DNA of 64,000 nt from Balamuthia mandrillaris (GCA_031835245.2 JAVKOQ020000040.1:1-64000); one strand, 5' to 3'; counted from the stretch's first letter, positions 35,131 to 48,995 are shown. The notes: generated from the sequence alone by a model not told the origin. Translations and numbers: made by a program.

Positions 35131-37627
35131 TCAGACGACGAGCAAAGAGTCGGAAGAGGCAACCAAATCTGTGGAACTGCTGCCGGACTTGTCTGAGCCC
35201 ACCACTGCATCCACAGATGGCTTTCTCGCCCCTGTTACAGTGAAACTCATGGTTAGTTTTGTTGCTCTGATTGGCATTCTACAAACGTTTAACAAATAAG
35301 AACAAAACAATAGCAGATAAGCAACGAACGTACTGGTTGCTGCGTCTTGCATGCGTTGCATGGAATGCGTTCGAGCTCTTTCTCTTCGATCAATATTTGC
35401 TTTGATGGCTCTCCACTTGCCATCAAGTCCTTTGCCCTTCCATACGTCTCGCAGAAGGTCTCGCCAGAAAGGGAAGACGCTTTTGTTGGTGCCCAACACT
35501 AAGAAGGAGATTGTGCCAAAGTTGCTCAGCACAAACGAGGTCCAAAAGAGGAAGCCGTAGTTCGGTCGTTCTTCCAAACTGCATTCCGCTCCAGTGATAG
35601 CGCTACATCTTATCTGCAACAATAAAGGTACCTTCAGCTCATTTGTAAAGAGAGGCGAGAGAGACAGTCAGTAACTGACCTGGTGTTCAAGTGCACTTTC
35701 AACGGAAGTTTTGATGCCAGTGCCATAAAACCTATATGCAATCACAAAAGAAGAAAGCACCCAGAAACTAGCGAGCAGAATAGCTAATCGGATAAACTGA
35801 GTAACCGGCATTCCACTCTCTTTGCGAAAGTCGTACGTTCGCTGCATCATAAATAGGTTAGCGTTGAATAACAAAAACTAAACAAACCAACCCAGATGCA
35901 GTTACCTTGAGGAGATACGCAATAACAGAAAGAAGAATAAGACTCCCAAAGAACCAACTGCCTGTCACTACATGGTTTCAAGCAAAACGGTTATCATTTC
36001 TGCTCTCTTTATCCCATTCTCCGCAGAAGAAGAAAGAATACCAAGTATGTAAAAGTTGCCGTAGAGCCACCAGTCCGTATCTTCATCATAGATGAAGCAC
36101 CATGGCAAAGTAGGCGATGCCTTCATCTTGTGGGCGGCCAAAGGTACTATAGTACCTATCAACGGCAATCCCCACCCGAACAAATGATACCTTTTCGTAG
36201 GGCAAGAACGCAGAAGAAAGCACAAATACAGGTTATTACATAGATAGATAGACACCAAACAAACGCTGCTAACCATTTTTCAACCTTATTGAGGTTGTCT
36301 CTGCTGAGTTTACAGTTGATGAGAAGCAACATATTAAAACTCAAAATGAACCACCAACAGCTTATTGCTATCCCGCCATACGTAACGCTAATAGCTTCAA
36401 TGAAGAGCATAAACATAAGCAACCAAGCAAGAAAACAAAGACAGGAGCTTTTTTAATAGCGGTACCTTGTAGAACGCACCCGAAACCTCCCTCTTCTCCT
36501 TCCCCCATTTCTTGATAAGTGGTGTCGTCCTCACAAATAATGTTTCTCATGCCACCAGCAAACAATCCCATCATCAAGCCGAATGCAACAGGAAGACCTG
36601 CCGCTGGAAGCATTTGAGGAAGATTTGTCGGAAAGGTTCTGGTTCGAGGATGCAAGAACGCCGTCACGACGTAGAAGAGGGAAAGGAGGAACGAGATCAC
36701 AGAAAAGACGGTGATCGTTGCGAAGAGGGCGTCCCACTCTTCTTCGGAGTAGATGGGGCTTGGGCAGGGAAGCACGCATTGTTGGGTTGGGTCTTGTTGG
36801 ATTTGTTGAGGAGAGAGCGAGTCGGGATGGAAGGTGGTGGGATAGGGACAATCCACTGAAGAGTACGGCACTCCTGATATGGCCAGACGTTTAGTGATAG
36901 AAAGGACAAGGAAGAACCGGAAAGAAAGAAACACAAACTTGTGGCTTCGCCGGCATTATTGCAGGAAGAATTGGAGAATATAGTACAAGGAGGAAGTTGC
37001 GAAAGCTGCCCTGATGCCCTGAAAGGTTCTTCACAATAAGCCCAAGCTTCCTCGCATACTCCAACACACGGCAATTCGACTAAACATACAATCCAACAAA
37101 AAAGCACACGAGAAGAAGAACAAGAACAAGAAGAACAAGAAGAACAAGAAGAACAGAAACGAAGAAGCAGAAGAAGAACAAGAAAAAAAAAGAAAAATAA
37201 ACAAAAAGGAGAACGAATAAAAAGAAGAAAGAAACAAAGATATAAAATGAAAGAAGAAGAAGTTTTAAAAATAAAGAAGCAAAAAAAAAGACCGTTATAC
37301 CGTACATCCAGACTGATCCGTCTTGCAGCGTCGATACGAGAACAAACAAAGAAGACGAAGAGCAGCGTTGCGACATTCGAAAGGAAGACCAACGCCAAGC
37401 ATTACCGTCCTCTTGGCGACCGTTTGAGTGACCGTCAGAACTTCGCTTAGGTCGGAGGCGTAGAGGGAATAGTCCACGAAAGATGCGCACTTGCCGTCCA
37501 GATCCTGAACCTGGTAAAACGCATCTTCGGAGCTGCTGTCGTTCGGCGAGGAAGGAGGGGAAAGACAGGAGGAAGAAGCAGAAACAATCGCCTGCACAAA
37601 GAAACACAACAACAGAAGAAACTTCAT
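35131..37627 (-). CDS. Frizzled/Smoothened-like GPCR (Dictyostelium Fsl-type)
   Basis: Signal peptide MKFLLLLCFFVQAIVSA, Cys-rich ectodomain, CVLPCPSPIY linker, then TM helices with GCVLQG, SCWWFILSFN and YHLFGWGLPLI. Confidence 0.85.
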
Positions 37628-37786
37628 GTCCCTACAGTTAAACGTTACCAACCGTGTGAGTAAACATTCAAGTTTTGTTGCCTTTTAAAAAGAACAAGTT
37701 GTTATACGGTTACAGTAACACGAGGCATTTCGTTATAGGAAACCGTTTTGTTAATTAAAAGAAAATTTGTAGGTCATCTGTTTATG

Positions 37787-40726
37787 TCAGACTTCCTCGT
37801 AGTAAGCGGTGGCTTCGATCAAGCCCCTTTCGGCTTGCTGAAGACGTTCAAAGAGCTCAGCAAAGGAAGGGCGTCGGTCCGGATCTTTGTGCCAACACTC
37901 TGTCATGATGCTGAAGATTGGTTCTGGACAGTCCTTTGGTTTTTGCAACCGTAAACCCCAGTCGCTCACTTGCTCCGCAACTTCTGTGTTTGACCTTTTT
38001 GCACAAGTTGAAAGGAAAAAGAGATGGTGAGAAGAAAGAAAGAAATGAAGAAAAAAACGACAAGAAAGAAAGAAGAAAAGGAAGGACATACAAGCCAAAA
38101 TAAGGCAAAGCGCCATCCGAAAACAGCTCCCAAAGAACGATGCCAAACGACCAAACATCTGACTTGCTGGTGAACCGACGGTGCTTGAACGCTTCGGGAG
38201 CCGTCCATCTCACTGGCACCTTTCCTCCACTTTTGGCATTGTACACCACCTCTTCCCCGACCACCTGGCGGGCCAATCCCAGGTCCGTGACTTTGGGCAT
38301 GAGCGTGCGTTGCTTGCCACGAAAGTCCATGAGCACGTTGCGCAGGGCCAGGTCCCTGTGCACCACTCCATATGCTGCCAAATGTTGCATTCCTTACGAT
38401 GGACATCAGAACCGCAAAGTTATGGAGGAGAAGGATTAAAAAAAACAAGAAGAATAAGCTCAAGAACAATCGTTACCAGCAGCAATGCCCTTTGCGATGT
38501 TGAGTTTTTCATAGTGATCAAACTTGTGGGCTGTAATAAATTTGTCCAAAGAGCCATCCTCGATGAACTCAGTGACAAGGAGAAAGTCGGTTTCTCCGGA
38601 AGAGCCAGCACTACGAATGCATGTTCCCAATGGGAGAATCAAATGTGGATGGGGCTTGATGTTCCTTTTCAAGGAGAGAAGAATAAGTTATATAGAGAAC
38701 GAGAACGAACAAAAGAAAAGTGATAAGAGAGAGCATCTGTAAAGAAATAAAAGAGATGTACATCAATAGCTCAGACTCAGCAAGGAATTCTTTCTTACTC
38801 CTTTCATCACAAAGGTGGGTGTGTAGTTTCTTGATGGCCACAGATGTGGTCCCTCGCCATGTACCCTTAAAAAAGTTAATATGTGCACCTTGCTAGATAA
38901 GGAAGAAGATGACAAAAGAATAAGAAAGGAACTTACTTTCCAGACCTCTCCAAAGTTACCTCGTCCTATCAATTGCACGAAACTCAACTCTGTTTCCTGA
39001 ATGGTTGGCACAAATTCTTCTTTCTCATTTTCTTTTTCTGTTTCCGGTCCTTTTTCTTTTTCTTGCTCTTCTGTTAGACGTTCTTCGTTCTCTTTATCTT
39101 TCATCTTCTTATCGTGTCGTATGAAATTGTTCTCTCGTTCTGGTTCTCCCTTCTCTGTGGCTTGCAACAATGGCTTGATCTTCATGATTTTCAGCCGGTG
39201 GCCAATACTACTCACTTTTGAGATGTGTGTGTTGTGTCAACCTCCAAAAAGAAAAAACAACGAGCGGAAGCAGAAGAAGGAGAAGAAGCAGGAAGGACAA
39301 GAACAACAAACCTCCCAGTTCTTTCAGCGTCTCATCCGTCAGACTGTCAAACACCGATTCATCAATGTCATTTTCCACCAGGGTCTTGGCATACCACCTT
39401 GCTCTCTCTTCATCCAACCCAACTTGTTCCAACAGTCCCACGAACTTTGCCATTGTCTTCTGTTCTGTGTCGATATAAGAGGTTGTTGAAGAAGAGTATT
39501 TACCTGCAGGAGGAGAAGCACCAGAAGAAGAAACAGAGGTGATGGTAGTAGTCCTTGTAGAAGCAGGAGAGAAAGGAGTCAGTTCGTCTGTTAAGCGAAT
39601 AGTTTGAAAGATCGATCCAGAAGGCGGCTGTCTTTGTGGATGGTGTTGTTGAACCGTTTGAACAGGAGGTTGCTGCAGTTGTGGCTGCGCTTGTTGAGGC
39701 TTTACAATTGTTTGGGAAGGTGATTGAAACTGTTGCGCATAGGATGGAGGAAGTGTCTGAACGAGGATGTCCTGAACAGGTGCGTAGTAGTCGATGGAAG
39801 TCAGTTTGTGCTCCATTGAAAACATCACCATGTGTTTCAGAATGGACACCGCATGCTCGCCAAAACCTTGTGAATGGCATTCAGTTTCAATGAAAGTGGT
39901 TCGAAGAAAGGAAGAGGAGAATACAGAACAAGAAACAAGAAGTGAATGAAGACGAAGAAGGGAGATGGTATACCCTCCGCTAACATGGTGTGGTAATGAT
40001 GGTAAAAGAGGTGCATGATAATGCGTGGCAGTCTGCGAAAGAGCTTGTTGCACGCCTCGTCAAACCCGCTTCCTGGAGGAGAGTCTGTACAAAAAGCCAA
40101 CAACAACAACATAAGACAACAACAAAACGAAAGGCAGCGAACAGAACAATAACACAAACATGTAAGAAGAAGGATCCAGAGAACAAGCAAGAAAGAGGTG
40201 GCCAGACGTTCGATATAAACAACGATAGAGGGGAAGAGAGAGAGCAGACAGAACGAGAGAAGCGACAGAGAACAGAGCGTAAAGAAGGGGGAAGCTAGAA
40301 ACCATCCAAGGGAAACAGGCTTTCATCCTCCACCAGCTCTTGCGCCCAATCAAAGAGCCTTTTGATGTACTCGGGGGCAGGCAGGGAGACCGGTCGGCGG
40401 GCGTGCTCCCCCTCCGCCCAAAAGTACTCGTACTTCGCCCCGGCCATCATTTTGGGGCAACTCTGCGAGGTGCACTTGTACTCCATGTTGCCGTAGAGCA
40501 TGGCCAGCATGTTGTAAAAGTTGACCGTGTTCACCTTGAACCACTCCGCTTTGGTGGAGTCGGCGGGGATTTGGACCAGGTTGTCCAGGACTTGGGCGGA
40601 GCATGTCGGCGTGGTGGCCCTGCTGGCCAGGTTGAAGCTCTTGGTTTGTTTGTTGAACGAGAGCGTGGGCTTGGAAGTGCGCGAGGCGCTCAACGTGCTC
40701 GTTGTTTGCAGCTGCTGGCGAAGCAT
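37787..40726 (-). CDS. MOB/phocein - SAM - tyrosine kinase fusion protein, copy 1
   Basis: MOB: EWFKVNTVNFYN..CTSQSCPKMMAG.KYEYFW..LPAPEYI..DESLFP..KLFRRLPRIIMHLFYHH. SAM: LVENDID..LTDETLKELGVSSIGHRLKI. Kinase: IGRGNFGEVWKG, VAIK, HRDLALRN, DLGLAR, PVRWTAPE, SDVWSFG. Confidence 0.88.
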
Positions 40727-41443
40727 CTCTCCCTCTCTCCTCGACTTCGTCGAACAGTGTTCTCGCTACTCGATCATTACAATCGAAAGACTCTGTTGGA
40801 TTGTTTATTGGTCGATCATTACGTTTTCTGATTTTTCATTGGCCATCGAAAAATTGCCAACAAAAAAAAGAAAGAAAGAAAAGAAGAGATGTCGGACAAG
40901 AAAGCCTTCTTTGAGGAGCAGATCAAAGCTCAACAACCTGTGCGTGCTTCCTTCTTTTCCCTTCTTTTGTTGGTTTGAACATTTGCTTATTTTGTTTGCT
41001 TCCTCTCTGCAAACAACTAGAAACCTGTAAAAAAGACATGGAAGACCACTGGTAACAGCGGAGGAGGGGTTAGCGGCTACGAAGGCAAGTACAAGGCCAA
41101 ACCCGACCTTGGGTACGTCTTTACGTTCTTCTCTCTCTCTCTCTCTCTCTCTCTTGTAAAGAAACAACCTTCACTTCTTCCCTCCACCCTTTCGTTTCAG
41201 AGATTACTAATTTTTTTTGCTGGCTCTCTCGTCACAGACCTCCTCCTGCCAAGAAGAGTTTGGCCGATCTTCCCTAAACGGACACCCACCCACCAATGTT
41301 TGAGCCAATACCTTTCTTTTTTTTGCTATTTGTATTCATTGTCTAAAACATAAACTTGTGAACAAGGAGGAGAGGACAAACAGCACTCCACTTTCTGTTT
41401 CCTTTCTCTGCACGCAGGATCTTTCTTTCTCTCTCTTTCTCTC

Positions 41444-42099
41444 TCACTTGCCGTGTTCTTCTTCCTTGGCTGCTTGCATGGCTGCAGCCTTGACCAGCAC
41501 CTCAGCCACGGGGAAGTGGTCCTTGCCAGCGTCGATGGCGATGTTGGCGCCGCTCTCATAGCGGCCGTCATGCCGGCCGACGAACAGCTCCACCAGGAAC
41601 TCCCCGATCTCGCCGCCCTTGCCCGGCCGCCCGGAGGGGTTGTGGGCAGCCGCCACCGTCAAGGGACTCTCCCCAGGACCCAGGGCCTTGGCCGCTCGGA
41701 GGGACAGCTCGCTCTCAAAGAGGTACGGGTTGATGCTGAACACTGAGGAGGAGGAGAACAGGAGCGCAAGGAGGAGGAAGCCTAGTCAACAACAAAGACC
41801 GAAGAGGAGGAAGAAGAGAGCCTCTCCCTGACACACCTACCTTTGATGTTGCGGTCTTTGAACTCGGCAGCGGCGATGCGGGTGACGGCATCGACGGCGG
41901 TCTTGGAGGTGCCGTAGATCCCGAGCGTGGGCGCGGTGATGACGGAGGCGCAGCTGGAGTTGTTGACGATGAGGCCTCCGCCAGACTTGGCCAGCAGCGG
42001 CACCGCGTAGAAGAAGCTGCGGATGACGCTCCTCACGTTGAGGCTGTAAACGCTGTCGTAGAGCCTCGCGGCGTCCTGATGACAGTGAGGGAGAGAAGA

Positions 42100-42140
<41 letters not shown>

Positions 42141-42470
42141 TAAACTTGAGGAAGAAGGGCGAACCTCGTGGTCAAGCGTGACCCACTCGGCAGTGCCAGC
42201 GTTGTTAAAGAGAAAGTCAAGACGACCGTAGGTTTCGATGGTGGTCTCGAAGAGGCGCTTGAGGTCAGCGTCGTTGGTAACGTCGGTCCGCACGAAGGTC
42301 GCTTGGAGGCCTTGCTCTCTTAGCTCGTCCTGCAGGGCCACGCCTTTGTCCTCGCTACGCCCAGCCAGGACAACGCTGAAGCCAGCCTTGGCAAGCTCCG
42401 AGGCAGCCCCACGACCGATGCCGGAGGTGGCTCCCGTGACGATGACGACCTTGCCCTCCACGGTGCTCAT
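41444..42470 (-). CDS. Short-chain dehydrogenase/reductase (classical SDR), spliced
   Basis: TGATSGIG, LFNNAG, NNSS and catalytic YGTSK motifs. Confidence 0.9.
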
Positions 42471-42869
42471 GTTTTTGCCTTTGTGTGCCGTTATTATTGA
42501 GAGGTCCTGTGTGGTACAGCGAAACCAAGGGTGCTTTCAAACAAGGTCCCGCTGTTTATGCTGTTGGTCAACAGAACCGGTGCGTCCCAGGGACTTGCTT
42601 GCTGGGGTCCGCAGAGTTCCACCGCTCACTCAAATGGCCACAACTACCGAGCATTACATCATCCATCGTTATAGGGGGTCATAAACTGGCAGATCGTATA
42701 TAGCGGTAGCCCATTAGGCTCTATGACCTAGAGTTCATTATTGTCTGCCAACCCAACAATGGCTCCTATGGAGAGCAGGCACGCATTGGGGTGGATTGAG
42801 GTGGAGAGGGGTTTTTATGTACATACAAGAAAACGAGAGGATTGCCTGCGAGTGCACAAACTCATCTGG

Positions 42870-43797
42870 CTAGTCCACGTACTCAGCAGTGTCGACGATG
42901 AGATCCTCAATAGCCCGTTGAAGGCGTCCAAAGAGTTCAGCAAAGGAAGGGCGTCGGTCCGGATCTTTGTGCCAACACTCTGTCATGATGCTGAAGATTG
43001 GTTCTGGACAGTCCTTTGGTTTTTGCAACCGTAAGCCCCATTCGCCCACTTGCTCCGCAACTTCTGTGTTTGACCTTTTTGCACAAGAGATGGTGAGAAG
43101 AAAGAAAGAAATGAAAGAAAAAAACGACAAGAAAGAAAGAAATGAAAGGGAAGACATACAAGCCAAAATAAGGCAAAGCGCCATCCGAAAACAGCTCCCA
43201 AAGAACGATGCCAAACGACCAAACATCTGACTTGCTGGTGAACCGACGATGCTTGAACGCCTCAGGAGCCGTCCATCGCACTGGCACCTTTCCTCCACTT
43301 TTGGCATTGTACACCACCTCTTCCCCGACCACCTGGCGGGCCAATCCCAGGTCCGTGACTTTGGGCATGAGCGTGCGTTGCTTGCCACGAAAGTCCATGA
43401 GCACGTTGCGCAGGGCCAGGTCCCTGTGCACCACTCCATATGCTGCCAAATGTTGCATTCCTTACGATGGACATCAGAACCGCAAAGTTATGGAGGAGAA
43501 GGATTAAAAAAAACAAGAAGAATAAGCTCAAGAACAATCGTTACCAGCAGCAATGCCCTTTGCGATGTTGAGTTTCTCAAAGGTGTCAAATTTGTACGCT
43601 TTAATATACTTGTCCAAAGAGCCATCCTCGATGAACTCAGTGACAAGGAGAAAGTCAGTTTCTCCGGAAGAGCCAGCACTACGAATGCATGTTCCCAATG
43701 GGAGAATCAAATGTGGATGGGGCTTTATGTTCCTTATAAGTAGAAGAAATGGTTGAGTACAGAACAAGAATAAGTAACATAGAAGTAATAAGAGGAG

Positions 43798-43847
<50 letters not shown>

Positions 43848-45658
43848 GGCTGTACATCAATAACTCGGATTCAGCAAGGAATTCTTTCTTACTCCTTTCA
43901 TCGCAAAGGTGGGTGTGTAGTTTCTTGATAGCCACTGATGTGGTCCCTCGCCATGTACCCTTAAAATGTGAAGGAGAAAAAGTTTGATTAGATATCAAGA
44001 AGCGCAGAAGATTAAAAGAATAAGAAAGGAACTTACTTTCCAGACCTCTCCAAAGTTACCTCGTCCTATCAATTTGACGAAATTCAACTCTGTTTCCTGA
44101 ATGGTCGGTACAAATTCTCTGTTGTGGTGTTTTTCTTTTTCTTCTTCTCCTTCTTTCTCTTTTTCTTTCATCTTTTTTTTATGCGTTGAGCTATTTTTTC
44201 GTTCTGGTTCACCTTTTTCTTTGGCTTGCAACAATGGCTTGATCTTCATGATTTTCAGCCGATGACCAATACTACTCACTTTTGAGATGTGTGTGTGAGA
44301 GTGTGTTGTGTCAACCTCCAAAAAGAAAAAACAACAACAACAAGAAGAAGAAGAAGAAGAAGAAGAAGAACAACAACAACAAGAAGAAGAAGAAAAAGAA
44401 GAAGAACAAGAAGAAGCAGGAAGGACAAGAACAACAAACCTCCCAGTTCTTTCAGCGTCTCATCCGTCAGACTGTCAAACACCGATTCATCAATGTCATT
44501 TTCCACCAGGGTCTTGGCATACCACCTTGCTCTCTCTTCATCCAACCCAACTTGTTCCAACAGTCCCACGAACTTTGCCATTGTCTTCTGTTCTGTGTCG
44601 ATATAAGAGGTTGTTGAAGAAGAGTATTTACCTGCAGGAGGAGAAGCACCAGAAGAAGAAACAGAGGTGATGGTAGTAGTCCTTGTAGAAGCAGAAGAGG
44701 AGGAGGCGATAGGAGGCGAAGTAAAAGGCACAAGGCCTTCTGTCAAGCGAATAGTGTGAAAGAACGACTCAGCGGGTTGTTGCCTCTGTGGATGGTGTTG
44801 TTGCACCGGTTGCTGTTTTTGCTGCTGTGTGCTATGAGGTCCTTCGGCCGCTTCAGGAGGCGATTGAAACTGCTGCGCGTAAGACAAAGGAAGTGTCTGA
44901 ACGAGGAGGTCGCGAACAGGTGCGTAGTAGTCGATGGGAGTCAGTTTGTGTTCCATCGAAAACATCACCATGTGTTTCAGAATGGCCTCTGCCTGTTCGC
45001 TAAAACCTATAACGTCGTCGGGTTAAAATGGTGCAAGGAAGACGCAAGAAGAGAAGAAAGAGAAAGCAGAATGATAACAAACCACGGTCGAACATCGTTA
45101 GGTAATGATGGTAAAAGAGGTGCATGATAATACGTGGCAGCCTGCGAAAGAGCTTGTTGCACGCCTCGTCAAACCCACTTCCTGGAGGAGAGTCTGTACA
45201 AAAAAGATTATAGACAGTAACGTTAGAAAGCGAAGAGCACAAGCGTCCCGGGGAGGAAGAGAGAAACCATCCAAGGGAAACAGGCTTTCATCCTCCACCA
45301 GCTCTTGCGCCCAATCAAAGAGCCTGCTGATGTACTCGGGGGCAGGCAAGGGGACAGGTCGGCGGGCGTGCTCTCCCTCAGCCCAAAAGAACTCGTACTT
45401 CTCGCCGGCCGTCATTTTGGGGCAACTCTGCGGGGTGCACCAATCCTCCAGGTTGCCGTAGAGCATGGACAGCATGTTGTAAAAGTTGACCGTGTTCACC
45501 TTGAACCACTCCGCTTTGGTGGTTTTAGGGGGAATGAGGACGATGCCGGCAAAGACGTGAGCGGGACGGGGCGGTGTGGAGGCTTTGGTGGCCAACTTGG
45601 CGCTATGGGTTTTGTGTTTGAAGGTAAGGCTGGGCTTGAACGTTTGCGTCGGCTTCAT
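42870..45658 (-). CDS. MOB/phocein - SAM - tyrosine kinase fusion protein, copy 2
   Basis: Same motifs and exon structure as 37787-40726, with long near-identical nucleotide blocks. Confidence 0.88.
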
Positions 45659-46056
45659 CCCGTTCCTGCGTTTAACCCTTTATATTTCTTTTTTGTTTGT
45701 AGGCAACACTCTGTTGGGCCTTTTTGTGTGTGTGTTTGTATTTCGCTTAATTGTAGATTATATTCTTTTTTGGGCCGCTTCGTCCGTCTCTCACAACAAG
45801 CACTGCACCACAAGTCCACCACCGAAAGCACCGCAGCAGGTTCCTCCCATCCAGCAGCAGGCCATCGTTTTCGCCACCACCAGGCAATAACGCGCCGAAA
45901 GGACCCCCAATAGCTCGCGTTTCATTCGTCTACAAAAATTAATTATTGTACACGAATGAAACCTCCCGCGTCGTCACGACCTTTATCCTGAATTGATCAT
46001 GTCGTCGCGACAATCAGGCTTTCCTTTGTGCCCCGCGAAAGACCCGTCGAGGCGCC

Positions 46057-46725
46057 ATGCAGGGGACAGGGAGGAGAGCGTTGGGGTGGTGGCTGTCCTC
46101 CCTCTGGGCCGGGTATGAAAGCAAAGTGGCCTCCCACCCGGTGCTCACCAAGTCGCTGACGAGCAGTGTGCTCTATTTCCTGGGAGATGCTGTGGCTCAG
46201 GGCGTGGAGGGACTCTCCTCCCCCGCCGCAGGCAGCGCTTCGGGAAACTCCGCCTCTGGAGGCGCTGGGGAGGATGAGCATGCCCGCAAAAGCTACAGCC
46301 TGGCTCGGGGAGCGCGCATGGCTGTGTTTGGCTTTTGTTTCACTGGTCCCATGCTGCACTACTGGTATAGCTACTTGGACCGGCGGTTGCCCTCCACTGC
46401 CCCAAAGACGGTCGCCCTCAAGACGGCCATTGACCAAGTGGTGATGGCTCCCGTTTGGACGGTCGCCTTCTTCGGCGCCATGAGCGCCATGGAGGGGCGC
46501 TCGCTGGAGGACACGAAGCTCAAGTTTGAGCACCACTTCCTTCCCACCTTGCTGGTGGATTTTTTGGTGTGGCCTGCCGCCAACGTTGTCAACTTTCGGT
46601 ACGTGCCGCCGCGGCATCGCGTGCTCTACATCAACCTGGTGAACCTGCTTTGGTGCTCCTTCTTGGGCCACATGCAGCACCGGGCCATCCCGCAGAAGCA
46701 ACCACAACAGACAGAAACGCGGTAA
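46057..46725 (+). CDS. Mpv17/PMP22 family membrane protein
   Basis: HPVLTKSLTS..LGDAVAQ, GPMLHYWY, KTAIDQ, VWPAANVVNFRYVPPRHRVLYINLV. Confidence 0.92.
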   Translation: MQGTGRRALGWWLSSLWAGYESKVASHPVLTKSLTSSVLYFLGDAVAQGVEGLSSPAAGSASGNSASGGAGEDEHARKSYSLARGARMAVFGFCFTGPMLHYWYSYLDRRLPSTAPKTVALKTAIDQVVMAPVWTVAFFGAMSAMEGRSLEDTKLKFEHHFLPTLLVDFLVWPAANVVNFRYVPPRHRVLYINLVNLLWCSFLGHMQHRAIPQKQPQQTETR

Positions 46726-47342
46726 CACACACCCAATCAAATCTTTTTTTTGCCACCAGCGGAAAGTTTGTTTTTTTTTTGTCACTACCCAGTTCCTTAC
46801 CATGTGATGACACACAGCACTGTACAGTGAGAGAGAAAGAGAGAGGGAGGGAGGGGGGAGGGATGGAGAGAGAGTGACCAACGTGCTGCATCCTATGGCT
46901 CGGCCCCTTTTGCTGCTCGCAATGTGAGTTCTTCTGGGTTTGGTATCTTCCTCGGTGCCACGTTGTTGGCACAATATGGCAGCATGACCGAAAAGAAATG
47001 GCAAGGGAAAAAGGGCAGCAAAAATGTCCTTGCGCTTCCCTGCTAAGTTATCAGTGTCGACAAGGACCACTATCAAACTGAATCATTGCGCGTCGGTCTT
47101 GCTACATGGGCGCAGTGTTCCTATTTGGGAAACGAAAGAACTGTCAGACCTTGAACTGGCCGGCTCCGATTTTGGACACTCTTCATCTCTGTTCGGTACC
47201 TCATCGTTTTTCCGTTGGCCGATATTTTTTTTTTATTCAAGAGAGAAAAAGGGGGAAAAAAATTGCAAACAAAAAAAAAAAAAGCGCACAAAAAGGAACA
47301 GCAGTTGATTGATTGATTGATCCGACCAGCATCCTCAGCATC

Positions 47343-48018
47343 ATGTCCGCGAGGCCCAAGTTCACCGACGTAACTCTCCGCCAGCTTCCCAACTACCTCA
47401 GACTGCACGTCTTTGGGCTGAGCGACATCCGTCGTCTTGGCTGCTCCTTCGGGAACTGGTACGTCAGGACCCACTTCCACACCAAGCACGGCGGCAACTC
47501 CTTGTTCTTGGTCGAAACCGCAGCCATCGTTACTTTTGTGGCCTTCCTTACCAAGAAACGCGGTCCGTTTTTTCTTGTTTTTTCTTGTTTTGTGTTTCCC
47601 CCTCCCTCTGGTGATTGTTTTCGTTGTTTCGTCGCTATGTGTTATTATTGTATTTTTTTGATTTTTTTGATTTTTAACTCATCACTTTTTCTCTTTCATT
47701 TTATTCTCTCTTCCCTCTCCTGCATGCAAATGTTTTCTCTATTCTGTTCCCTTTTCCTATGTTGTGTGCCCCTTGGCGTCTCCCTTCTCCTCGTCCTTGC
47801 TATCGCATTTCCCTCTTCTTCTCCCCTCTCCCACTCTTTTCTCCCTTCTCTCCTCTCCTCGCTGCTCTCACTTTCTCTCCGCTCTCTCTCCCCGCTCTCT
47901 ATCTCTCTCCGCGCGCGCTCTCTCTCTCTCTCTCTCTCTGCGTATCTATCTGCTCTTGTTCTGCAACCTCACAGAGATCAAACTGAAGGAAGAAGGCGTG
48001 ATCCCCTCTGGCCACTAA
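47343..48018 (+). CDS. Small membrane protein, probable mitochondrial ATP synthase subunit f-like
   Basis: Exons 47343-47562 and 47975-48018 give ~87 aa. DVTLRQLPNYL resembles the subunit f (V)KLGELP motif, followed by an aromatic/basic helix, one TM segment and a short charged tail. Confidence 0.5.
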
Positions 48019-48249
48019 AAACCAGCAAAACCACTCTTTTGCACATTCCTTTTTTCCCCTTCTGTTATTCCTTTCACGACAACAACAACACCACTTGCCT
48101 CCTCCTGCCCTTTATTCGCGTCTCTTTTCTTCTCCCCTTCTTTCTCTCTGTGGTGTTTCATCCACGTCGTCATGATGCAACTCTGTTGTTGGCGACAAAT
48201 TATCACGTCGTCATGATAGTGGTTGCTGGAGCGAGAAGAGAGGCAAAAG

Positions 48250-48961
48250 ATGAGGATGAACAGCCGGTGTGCCGTCCTGGAAGGCACACGCAACTTTGTT
48301 GCTGGTCACATGGCAGGGTTTAGGCCCACAGGGAGCGTCATGCAGCCATTCGTACGGAGAGGGAGCAGTTTCCTCACCGCCACAGGCCCATCGAGACCTC
48401 TACCCAGTCAAACTCTCTTTCGATCTTTGTGAGTAGCGCTGAAGGATTTTTTTTTTGTGGAGTGATTGGTTTGTGTGCAGAGAGTTTTTTACCCACTGCC
48501 TTCTTCTTCTGGTGCAGTTCCTCTCGCAGCATCAAGTGGTTGCATGAACCTCTCAAGACCAAAGGAAGGGCAGCCATCACTGCCACCGCCACCACTACCT
48601 GTAGATCCCTCTTTAGTCTCACCTCCAAGAGAGCGTGTAGCAGCGATGCCCCCTTCCAAGAGCTCCAAGGAAAGGTGAATCCTATGCCAGAGGATGTGCA
48701 GCAGCTTTTCCAACGCTTCTTTGCCTGGCAAAAGCAAACAAAGTCTTTTCAGGTTTTCGTCTCTCCTCTCTCCTGATTATCTTCGTTATGGCTGTTATTG
48801 TCCTCGTCTTCATTCTCTGCTTCTTGTTTTCTTCTTGTACACACGCTTTGTAGCTCTCTCCTCTGTCTCTGTCTCTGTCTCTGTCTCTGTCTCTGTCTCT
48901 GTCTCTGTCTCTGTCTCTCTCTGTCTCTCTCTCTCTCTGTCTCTCTCTCTGTCTCTCTCTG

Positions 48962-48995
<34 letters not shown>

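Noticed and set aside
45997..47076. 359-aa minus-strand ORF
   Set aside because: Antisense to the well-supported GC-rich Mpv17/PMP22 gene, with no recognisable motifs.
47313..48323. 336-aa ORF as a single protein
   Set aside because: Reads through a pyrimidine-rich intron (47563-47974); the spliced ~87-aa product is more plausible.
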